A stretch of DNA of 9,798 nucleotides, taken from positions 1 to 9,798 of the forward strand of contig JAJRZD010000011.1 in the NCBI GenBank assembly GCA_024275415.1. The letters run 5' to 3'. This DNA comes from an archaeon. GTDB lineage: Archaea; Asgardarchaeota; Thorarchaeia; Thorarchaeales; Thorarchaeaceae. Both the position numbers and the translations under genes were made by a program. How positions within the stretch are numbered: the first letter of the stretch is position 1; every line of letters begins with the position of its first letter. Under the pieces are notes generated by a model. It was not told where the DNA came from and searched no databases. It saw only the letters and a list, made by a program, of their open reading frames with translations. Of the stretch, positions 1-7,317 are shown piece by piece.

Positions 1-139
1 CTAATGCAATCAGGATTGACCGCCTCGTATCGTTGAGAGCAGACATCATCTGCACTAGGTCATATACATCCTGCAGTATATCTTTGTCATTCATACCTCT
101 CATCCATTCTTCAACATTTATGTGCAGATGAATACACAT
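1..139 (-). CDS. Partial CDS (5' end only, runs off the left edge); possible ArsR-like winged-HTH regulator
   Basis: Manual translation of the minus strand from the ATG at 139 is open to the edge: MCIHLHINVEEWMRGMNDKDILQDVYDLVQMMSALNDTRRSILIAL. The end resembles the 'L.n.tR..IL..L' first helix of ArsR-type HTH proteins. The true start could be 139, 103 or 94. Confidence 0.4.
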   Translation of the reverse strand, partial: MCIHLHINVEEWMRGMNDKDILQDVYDLVQMMSALNDTRRSILIAL

Positions 140-310
140 TCAAATTCTCACAGCAAGACATTCAATCTGCAACGTCCTACCTTTTGAAAGGACTATTTCT
201 GTGTTCCTAGCTGTTTCCTTTATCGAATTGGTAAGTCTTGCATAGAGTTAATAATGTTAGAATGATAAAAACGTAATAGAACTTCTGATTACAGGAGGAT
301 CACGAGAATT

Positions 311-880
311 ATGGCTTTCGGTTCAAAGTACTTCGGCTGGCTAGCAGCACTCCTCATCGTTCTTGGTGCGGGGTGGCTCCTGTTACCAGAGGGGTACAAC
401 ACCTTGATTCTCTGGCTATCCCCTCAGCTTGGCAATTACGTCCGTCCGACCATGGTAATGGTCAATGCGATTCTTGTCAATCCATTGAATAACTACGTCA
501 TGGTTGCGATCTGGGCAGTAGCTGGGTTTGTAGGTGGAGCAATAGCCGGAACCAAGAAAGGAGCATTTGTTGTAGGATTATTCACATGGCTGTCAGCTTT
601 ACTCATCCTAGCATTCAGCGTCTACCAACTATTGATTACTGGGATGGATCTTGGCACATTGCCACCTATGCCACCTGGTACATCTATCACGGACCTACTT
701 GGAATTCCATTGGTTCAATCAATTATTGGTGAACTGCTCGGACTTCTAGGTGGATTCGGCGGTGGCGGAGGTATCGACATGTTGGCAGTATTGACACCGT
801 TGCTTATCTGGGTTATCACACCGGTGGTAGTCGTCATTGTTACTGGGATGGTCGGTGCCACTGTACGGCCAAAGGAGTGA
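311..880 (+). CDS. Multi-pass (about 5 TM), Gly-rich hypothetical membrane protein
   Basis: 189-aa ORF with several hydrophobic segments and small-residue GxxxG-type motifs (AGFVGGAIAG). AGGAGG lies upstream at about 293-298. It ends 8 nt before the next gene. Confidence 0.85.
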   Translation: MAFGSKYFGWLAALLIVLGAGWLLLPEGYNTLILWLSPQLGNYVRPTMVMVNAILVNPLNNYVMVAIWAVAGFVGGAIAGTKKGAFVVGLFTWLSALLILAFSVYQLLITGMDLGTLPPMPPGTSITDLLGIPLVQSIIGELLGLLGGFGGGGGIDMLAVLTPLLIWVITPVVVVIVTGMVGATVRPKE

Positions 881-888
881 TATGAAAA

Positions 889-2541
889 ATGAAAAAGATA
901 CGAATAGAGCACGCTTTTGTTGTGTTGTTCATAGGCTTTCTTGTTATGGCACCTCTGACTGCATCCGCAGGACACACGCTCGCTCAAGACGGATTCAGTG
1001 GCGAGGACCTGTTCCAGGGACTCATCACTGATGGAGCTGAAGTGATGTACTCCATGATTGATGACCAGGGAGTGCCTGCTGCGATCTATGGTCAACTCGG
1101 AATACCATCAAGCGACTTGAACCTTGATGACCCCATGTATGAGGGATCTCTAGCCATGGCGTTAGTGTCCACACATGGAGAGTTCTTAGATATTATAATG
1201 GAACTGATAGGCGGTGGGGCATTCACTGGTAATAGTAGCAGTACGCCTGCACAGTTCGCGCTCGCTCAGGATAGTGGGGGATTTGATCCAAATTCCATAT
1301 TGGACATGGTCGGGACTGAATTCAATCTCCTTGCCAACGTCATTGTGAATGTGGACGAGGCGACTTCGCAGTCAAGGATGGCAAGCATCCTCAACCACCT
1401 GCAGGCACAGTTTGGATTTAGCTTCACCGAGCTTTTGAAACTAAGGATTGACGAGAACACACTTCCGCCTGATGTCAATATAACCTTACCATTCACCTCT
1501 ATGGATTTGTACCTCTATAAAGAGAATCACGAGTTCGGTCTTGCAGTCGATACAATCTTTGGAGTCATGAGCAGCACAGGGTTCTTGGGTTCAATCAACA
1601 CTGATGTGTTCAAGAATGCCTTCGCATCAGCTGCAGGGTTGTTAGTGATTCCTGATATGGCCGACCTAGTAGATCTCATCGAGTCATTCGATAGCGGTGG
1701 ACAAGGTGCAGCAGGCTTTACGTCAACAATTCTTGCTCAGGGTGACAGTTCTGGTTTCTTATTCAACGTAACTGGCCCAGTTGCTATAGCTGCTGCTGGG
1801 TATCTGGGAGAACAAATCCTTTCAACGGACTCAACAAGCCTTAGCATTGGCGACCTCTTCGGAGTAACCGGAAACATCGAGCCATTCTCGAGTGCGAACT
1901 CGCTGATAGTAACTCAGCTCCCAAGCAATCTAAACATCACCTCGATCACACCAGATGCTGTGAACCAGAGTTTCTATGACAACAGCACTAACATGGTCTT
2001 CTGGAACGCGACCGCTTTCGGGACTCAGTCTGAATATGTGATCAATTTTGAAGGTGACTTTCCACCGTTAATCACCATTGAGAGAACATTCTCACCGGAG
2101 GAGAACATTGCGGGAGGCACCACGACCGTCACTGTGACTGTGACCAATGAGGGGAGCGATCCTATCAGCAATCTTGTCATCACTGACAACACGCTCGCAT
2201 CCACCTATTCTACGGTCACCGTTACTGGTGTGACCTCTGACACTGTAACGACCTTAGCTGGGGGTGCCAGTGTCACAATCGAGTACCAGGTCACCTTCCA
2301 GAACGAGGGTGGATATGGCTTCGATCCTGTCCAGATTTCCTACGAGTACAACAGTCAAACCTACTACAAACAGAGCCACACTGAAGGATACACGGTCAAT
2401 CCTGATATCGGTGGACTCTTTGCAGAGGGGGTTATGAGTACCATGCCATTCTCTGGTATCGCCCTCGGTGTTGTTGGCCTTGTAGGTATCTACTCCATTA
2501 TGGGACTTGTACGCAGTAGAAACGATACTTTCCAAGTCTAG
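889..2541 (+). CDS. Exported, C-terminally membrane-anchored cell-surface protein with a DUF11/Ig-like domain (S-layer-like or adhesin-like)
   Basis: Basic N-terminus plus hydrophobic core plus ASA gives a Sec signal peptide. PPLITIERTFSP...TVTVTVTNEG..PISNLVITD is typical of DUF11/CARDB-like Ig beta-sandwiches. There are several N-x-S/T sequons (NSS, NIT, NVT, NQS, NST, NAT) and a C-terminal TM helix with a short tail. The SD-like GGAGTGA at 874-880 overlaps the upstream stop codon. Confidence 0.8.
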   Translation: MKKIRIEHAFVVLFIGFLVMAPLTASAGHTLAQDGFSGEDLFQGLITDGAEVMYSMIDDQGVPAAIYGQLGIPSSDLNLDDPMYEGSLAMALVSTHGEFLDIIMELIGGGAFTGNSSSTPAQFALAQDSGGFDPNSILDMVGTEFNLLANVIVNVDEATSQSRMASILNHLQAQFGFSFTELLKLRIDENTLPPDVNITLPFTSMDLYLYKENHEFGLAVDTIFGVMSSTGFLGSINTDVFKNAFASAAGLLVIPDMADLVDLIESFDSGGQGAAGFTSTILAQGDSSGFLFNVTGPVAIAAAGYLGEQILSTDSTSLSIGDLFGVTGNIEPFSSANSLIVTQLPSNLNITSITPDAVNQSFYDNSTNMVFWNATAFGTQSEYVINFEGDFPPLITIERTFSPEENIAGGTTTVTVTVTNEGSDPISNLVITDNTLASTYSTVTVTGVTSDTVTTLAGGASVTIEYQVTFQNEGGYGFDPVQISYEYNSQTYYKQSHTEGYTVNPDIGGLFAEGVMSTMPFSGIALGVVGLVGIYSIMGLVRSRNDTFQV

Positions 2542-2546
2542 ATTAA

Positions 2547-2590
2547 GAGCGTCCTCCGATGTATTTCGGAGGGCTCCTACTTTCTTTTTT
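2547..2590 (+). terminator. Intrinsic terminator (hairpin plus T-tract)
   Basis: GAGC-gt-CCTCCGA-tgtatt-TCGGAGG-GCTC stem-loop (2547-2576) followed by TTTCTTTTTT (2581-2590), 5 nt after the 2541 stop. Confidence 0.75.
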
Positions 2591-2634
2591 GCATACAGTT
2601 TATCTTCAAGGCGAACTATCAAGAATCGGTCACA

Positions 2635-3570
2635 ATGCCTCTGAAAGACGCTTTGAACGGCTATCTTCGCTCTCCTCGGAACTTCTTTGGAATCCCTGAG
2701 CCAATGGATGAAGAACCTGATGTTGGGATTCTTGGAATACCTTATGACCTAACATCGAGCCACACTCCCGGTGCCCGCTTTGGACCTGACTCTATCCGCA
2801 GAGCGACTGATAGCGAGAGGTCTCACAGCTACCCCCTCACCCTTACTGATGCCTATCACGGATGGAACAAGGCATTGTCATCTGTCCTGACACTAGAGGA
2901 CATTGGAGACCTCGAAGTAGGTGTCCAACTACCCGAGTCTGTGGCAATCCATATCTCTGATGCTGCATCTATCCTTTCCAGTTCGTCAAGCGGACTTGTG
3001 TTCTTAGGTGGAGATCACTTCATCACGTATCCTGTCCTTAGAGGGGTGAAGCGGACTCGTGCCGAGGAGATAGGATTAGTGTATCTAGATTCCCATGCGG
3101 ACTTCTACGACGACATGGGCGGAATGACGCTCTCTCACGCATCGACGCTTCGCAGGATTGTCGACGATAGATTGGTCGCCATCGAGAATGTCGTCGGGTT
3201 TGACCTCAGATGTGTCACTCCAGACCAGAGAGTGGAATTAGGTGATAGTGTATGTCCTTCGGATATGACTAGTTTGATGAAACGGATTGGCGAGCTAGCT
3301 AAGAGTGTCGAGTTACTGTATGTATCAGTTGACCTTGATGTCCTGACCCCCACGGTTTCTCCCGCCGTTTCTCATCCTGAATCCGGAGGACTTTCTATCT
3401 CTGAACTTGTGACCATTGTTGATGCCTGTTTTGCAACCCGAAAAGTTCAGTATTGTGATATTGTGGAATTGAATCCAATGCTGGACAATGCCCGCCTCTC
3501 AGAGCTCGCAGCTAGAGACATCCTCAAGGCAATCCTGACCGGGTTTGCGTATCACAAGGAATTTAAGTAG
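2635..3570 (+). CDS. speB: Ureohydrolase (arginase/agmatinase family), probable agmatinase
   Basis: GIPYD...PGARFGPDSIR N-terminal motif. The complete binuclear Mn ligand set is present: GGDH, DSHAD, DLD. C-terminal DIVELNP. Substrate assignment is less certain than the family assignment. Confidence 0.8.
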   Translation: MPLKDALNGYLRSPRNFFGIPEPMDEEPDVGILGIPYDLTSSHTPGARFGPDSIRRATDSERSHSYPLTLTDAYHGWNKALSSVLTLEDIGDLEVGVQLPESVAIHISDAASILSSSSSGLVFLGGDHFITYPVLRGVKRTRAEEIGLVYLDSHADFYDDMGGMTLSHASTLRRIVDDRLVAIENVVGFDLRCVTPDQRVELGDSVCPSDMTSLMKRIGELAKSVELLYVSVDLDVLTPTVSPAVSHPESGGLSISELVTIVDACFATRKVQYCDIVELNPMLDNARLSELAARDILKAILTGFAYHKEFK

Positions 3571-3598
3571 TAATTACACATAATTTCAATGTACCAAG

Positions 3599-4345
3599 AT
3601 GAGCCTCAGTAGTGATCTGACCATTGACGTGGTGGAAAATCGAGTGACAGAGATACTCCGAGACCTGGGCTTTGGAGCTCACGAGTCTGCAGTTATCATC
3701 GCGCTCAATCAGTTAGCGTCAGCGACTGTGGCAGACCTACACTCATTGACTGGGATACATCATGCAAATCTATATGCCGTCTTGGATGGGCTTGTCGCAA
3801 AAGGCATTGTCATCGGGAACGAGGGGCGGCCAAAGGAATATCAATTCGCGCCTCTCGAACATATCGAAGACCTACTGTCAAGCAAGATACGTCAGCTTGT
3901 CGATGGGTTGCAGCGGATACAGGCAGAGAGAACAACCGAAGGTGCAGTCCCCGCACTGATCTATACGATCCGGGGGACACAGGATGTACGCTCAAAGCTT
4001 GCCAGCATGATACGACGTGCGGATGAGAGGATATTGCTTGTAGGTCCTACAATCGACCTCTTTGGCGACGATATCATTGGTCTGCTTAATGACGCCTCAG
4101 AACGGGGCGTGAAGGTCAGAGCCATTCTAGGGGTATCCTCATCCAAGCTTGACCGGAGAATCCAGCAGAGGATAAAAAAAGACACCCTTGCTGTCAACCT
4201 TGTCAGGGACGGGACAGAAGCGGTTATCTCTATGCCTGACTTCAGTGTGTGCGGATGGGCGGACAACGTATTAATATCCCAGCAGTTCGAAGGCTTTCTT
4301 GAGCAAACGTGGAAATCGCGAGGAAGACTAGATGACCGATTATGA
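3599..4345 (+). CDS. TrmB-family transcriptional regulator (N-terminal wHTH, C-terminal effector-binding domain)
   Basis: LGFGAHESAVIIAL...ATVADL...TGI....LYAVLDGLVAKGIV....GRPKEY is the TrmB HTH pattern. ASMIRRADERILL...ASERGVKVRAI...NLVRDGTEAVI matches the PLD-like TrmB sugar-binding domain. Confidence 0.9.
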   Translation: MSLSSDLTIDVVENRVTEILRDLGFGAHESAVIIALNQLASATVADLHSLTGIHHANLYAVLDGLVAKGIVIGNEGRPKEYQFAPLEHIEDLLSSKIRQLVDGLQRIQAERTTEGAVPALIYTIRGTQDVRSKLASMIRRADERILLVGPTIDLFGDDIIGLLNDASERGVKVRAILGVSSSKLDRRIQQRIKKDTLAVNLVRDGTEAVISMPDFSVCGWADNVLISQQFEGFLEQTWKSRGRLDDRL

Positions 4346-5702
4346 TGTTATTATAGCAGGGGCCGGGACAGGCGGTTCAACGACAGCATACGCAATCGCA
4401 AAGAAAGGCTACTCAGTCCTGTTGTTGGATCGGAAGGAGAAGGACAAGATTGGTGACAAGACCTGTGGCGACGCCCTTGGAAGTCATCATGTGAAAGAAG
4501 CACAGGAACTCATCGGACTCCCAGAGATTCCTGACGACATCGTAGAATATGTAGTGAACGGGATAGACCTCATTGCTCCTGACAGAGAGCATCGGCTTCG
4601 AATGCAAGGCCCTACAACTACGGGAATGTCCTTCAACCGCCTGAAGATGGGGCAGTGGTTCTTGGGTCTCGCTGAGAAAGCAGGGGCTGAGGTCATGGCA
4701 TCAACAAGAGCCAAGAAACTACTCATTAAGGACGGCAAGGTCTCAGGACTGAGAATCATGGACTCGGAAGGTAATGACCGAGACCTCACTGCAAGGATCG
4801 TGGTGGATGCCACTGGGGCGACAGGGATGCTCAGGAGGCAACTCCCAGAGAGCAGTCCTATTGAGCGAGTGATCAACAAGGATGATATGATGGTCGCATG
4901 GCGCGACATCTATGAAACTCCTGAATATGACTTTGAGACCCCTGATATCCTTGAGATATTCTGGAACCAAGAGGAAACCCTTGGTGGTTATACCTGGGTG
5001 TTCCCACAGGGCCGGAACCGAGTCAATGTGGGTGCTGGCGTGATGACCATCAAGAACCATCGCCGACCACAGGACATTATGAAGGAGTTCGTGGAACCAA
5101 ACTGGGACTTCTATAAGACAAAGCTTGTCCGACTGGATAGCAGCGGTGGCGTCGCTCCGATACGAAGGCCCATCGATACTATGGTCGATGACAACTTCAT
5201 GTTAGTTGGTGACGCGGCATGTCAGGTGAACCCGATACATGGTGGAGGCATTGGCTCATCCATACTTGGGGGAGCCCTCGCAGGACTGACTGCTTGCAAG
5301 GTCCTCGAAACGAATGATACCTCTATCGGGTCACTGTGGGAATACAACCCTCGCTACATGGAAATGTATGGCTCGAAGCAGGCCTCTCTGGATGTGTTCC
5401 GCTGGTTCCTACTGAATGTGACGAATGACGATATCGACTTTGCGTTCAGAAAGCAGATTATCAAGGCCAGTGACCTGTTGGACACGAGCATGACTGGCAA
5501 GATGAAGATCGGAACCGGCGAGAAGTTCAAGCGTCTCGTTTCTGGGATTGGGAACGTTCCTCTCTTACGTAGAGTGCAGAAGATAGCCCATCTCATGGAG
5601 GATATCCGGGAGGTCTATGCACAATACCCGAGTTCTCCAGACGGCCTTTCTGACTGGCAGGAAAAGCTCTGGCCAATCTATGACCAAGCTAAAAAGATAT
5701 AG
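4332..5702 (+). CDS. Digeranylgeranylglycerophospholipid reductase (geranylgeranyl reductase), Sulfolobus-type
   Basis: FAD-binding GAGTGG motif; IGDKTCGDAL with the catalytic Cys; GGYTWVFPQG..RVNVG (YxWxFP motif); GDAACQVNPIHGGGI; YGSKQASLDVFR. Recognisably collinear with S. acidocaldarius GGR over the full length. Overlaps the trmB stop by 14 nt. Confidence 0.92.
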   Translation: MTDYDVIIAGAGTGGSTTAYAIAKKGYSVLLLDRKEKDKIGDKTCGDALGSHHVKEAQELIGLPEIPDDIVEYVVNGIDLIAPDREHRLRMQGPTTTGMSFNRLKMGQWFLGLAEKAGAEVMASTRAKKLLIKDGKVSGLRIMDSEGNDRDLTARIVVDATGATGMLRRQLPESSPIERVINKDDMMVAWRDIYETPEYDFETPDILEIFWNQEETLGGYTWVFPQGRNRVNVGAGVMTIKNHRRPQDIMKEFVEPNWDFYKTKLVRLDSSGGVAPIRRPIDTMVDDNFMLVGDAACQVNPIHGGGIGSSILGGALAGLTACKVLETNDTSIGSLWEYNPRYMEMYGSKQASLDVFRWFLLNVTNDDIDFAFRKQIIKASDLLDTSMTGKMKIGTGEKFKRLVSGIGNVPLLRRVQKIAHLMEDIREVYAQYPSSPDGLSDWQEKLWPIYDQAKKI

Positions 5703-5714
5703 TTGGACTGAATC

Positions 5715-6665
5715 TTGATGAGATGCATCGGACAGATGGGTAACATTGACATCTTTGTTCCTACCGATGCATACCTCTCTTTGTTCAATAGCCCGTATAT
5801 CGGTCATATCAAAGGCTCAGCATTAGATGTATATCCGGCACATGAAGAATGGGATGGCCCCGCGAAATCACCCGTTTCGGGAAAAGTCACTCATATCCAT
5901 AGGATCCGGATGGGAAAGAAGGGCGAATTCTTTACCAATGAGTTCGACTATGCGATCGGGATCACTCCACTGGGTCGAGAGGATGAAATCGTCCGTGTCC
6001 TTCATTGTCATCCCACTGTTGATATCGGACAGGTCGTTGAGATTGGTGACGAAATAGGCTCGTTGTTAAGGTCAAGGTATTTTAACTTCTGGACTGGTCC
6101 TCACTACCATCTGGAAGCAATGCAGGCACAATTTTTCAAACGCTCGTCGCAATCCTTTCTTTTCGGATCCATGAAACCTATGGAGCCGAATTTGATGGTA
6201 TACATTGGAACGTGCCTCTTCGATTCCTCATGGATCATCGAACGGGTGACCGACGATTACATTTTACTGGCTTCTAAAGATGCGGAATTCGGGTCTGTCA
6301 ATGGTTATTTTGGACATCTGGCACATCTCGGCGAATCACAGAAAGCACTACTGGACATGGGATTCCCACATTACCACTACGGAGGGCTATATGGATTAGA
6401 CAGTCCATCAGTTGGTAAGGTCAGGATTGGCGATGTCACCATCGGCTCCAACGCTGAAGCACATAGAGGAGTCGTGCAATTCCGGACATATCAAACTCGG
6501 CAGATCCTGTTGAATAATGAACGTGTCAGAGGCATCTCGACCTATCTCTATTCCTCAAGGCAATTAGTCAAAGGAAAACCACTACTGAAAATAATCCCTC
6601 TCCAGTATCCAGCTTACACCTTCCATGTGAGCGAGGGCGAACATGTCAGCTTCACGGTGTCGTAG
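5715..6665 (+). CDS. Archaeal M23/LytM-like zinc metallopeptidase-domain protein
   Basis: H31-x6-D38 (GHIKGSALD), SPVSGKV, H97 followed by TVDIGQVVEIGDEIG, and TGPHYHLE (HxH) reproduce the M23 fold pattern. The start may be the ATG at 5736 (GGA 6 nt upstream) rather than the TTG at 5715. Confidence 0.65.
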   Translation: MMRCIGQMGNIDIFVPTDAYLSLFNSPYIGHIKGSALDVYPAHEEWDGPAKSPVSGKVTHIHRIRMGKKGEFFTNEFDYAIGITPLGREDEIVRVLHCHPTVDIGQVVEIGDEIGSLLRSRYFNFWTGPHYHLEAMQAQFFKRSSQSFLFGSMKPMEPNLMVYIGTCLFDSSWIIERVTDDYILLASKDAEFGSVNGYFGHLAHLGESQKALLDMGFPHYHYGGLYGLDSPSVGKVRIGDVTIGSNAEAHRGVVQFRTYQTRQILLNNERVRGISTYLYSSRQLVKGKPLLKIIPLQYPAYTFHVSEGEHVSFTVS

Positions 6666-6705
6666 GGCATCCAGTTGTACATGGAAACAAGCGCATTACC
6701 ATTCA

Positions 6706-6787
6706 TTAACCAGCTTGGCTATCAGCTCCTGATGTCAACTCATATGGTTAATAAACACTCAAGTTAACCAATAAGGTAAACTTAAAT
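6706..6787 (+). promoter_or_regulatory. Three phased semi-palindromic operator-like boxes plus a TATA-like element upstream of the 6813 gene
   Basis: TAACCA-gct-TGGCTA (6707-6721), CAACTC-ata-TGGTTA (6736-6750) and TAACCA-ata-AGGTAA (6765-6779) start exactly 29 bp apart. CTTAAAT at 6781-6787 is TATA-like. Confidence 0.55.
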
Positions 6788-6812
6788 CGTTACAACACGC
6801 CCTGCGTATTCG

Positions 6813-7310
6813 GTGATTCAATTGGTTGAACGCGGAAAAGTGTTGAGCGGGCTGCTTGTGCTCATCTGTATCGTTGTGCTAACTATGTTCCGAATCATCG
6901 CTCTTGAGCCAGTATCTACCTTCGTGACGATAGTGGCTGGCTTCTTGCTCGCTCTGGTTCTGCCAGGGATAGTAATTGATGCCATCCTCGCAAGCGTTGC
7001 CAAAGAGCTGAATGGTGATGAAGACAATCGCTGTGGCGGTATTCCCAGAGGAGGATATTTGATTGGGCTCACTGAGAGAAGTCTGATCTTTCTGTCTTTC
7101 CTGATTAGCTATTATGACAATGCAATATCCTATTCTTCTATTCTGGGTTTTCTTTCCTTCGTAGTCGCAGCAAAGGCAATCTTTCGTTATTCCAGTAGGG
7201 ACTCGGGAAATCGCGCGTGTGCAGATTGGTATATTCTAGGCACACTCCTGAGCATCACGATGGGACTTGGAGTTTCATGGTTTGTCTTCAGGTTTCTACT
7301 AACCGGGTGA
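6813..7310 (+). CDS. DUF3307-like membrane protein (C-terminal part only)
   Basis: GGYLIGLTERSLIF, AAKAIFRY and DWYILGTLLS match the conserved C-terminal motifs of DUF3307 proteins (G..IG.LER, AAKSIFRF, EY.LIGTL.S). About 4-5 TM helices. An alternative start is the TTG at 6822 with SD GGTGA at 6812-6816. Confidence 0.65.
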   Translation: MIQLVERGKVLSGLLVLICIVVLTMFRIIALEPVSTFVTIVAGFLLALVLPGIVIDAILASVAKELNGDEDNRCGGIPRGGYLIGLTERSLIFLSFLISYYDNAISYSSILGFLSFVVAAKAIFRYSSRDSGNRACADWYILGTLLSITMGLGVSWFVFRFLLTG

Positions 7311-7317
7311 GTCATCA

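Noticed and set aside
715-6057. Short alternative-frame and antisense ORFs (715-1095, 837-1031, 1266-1496, 2254-2622, 3135-3353, 3762-3959, 3810-3995, 3961-4266, 4413-4607, 4487-4909, 4743-5060, 5354-5596, 5565-5807, 5827-6057)
   Set aside because: They lie largely within well-supported genes and show no recognisable motifs; shadow ORFs.
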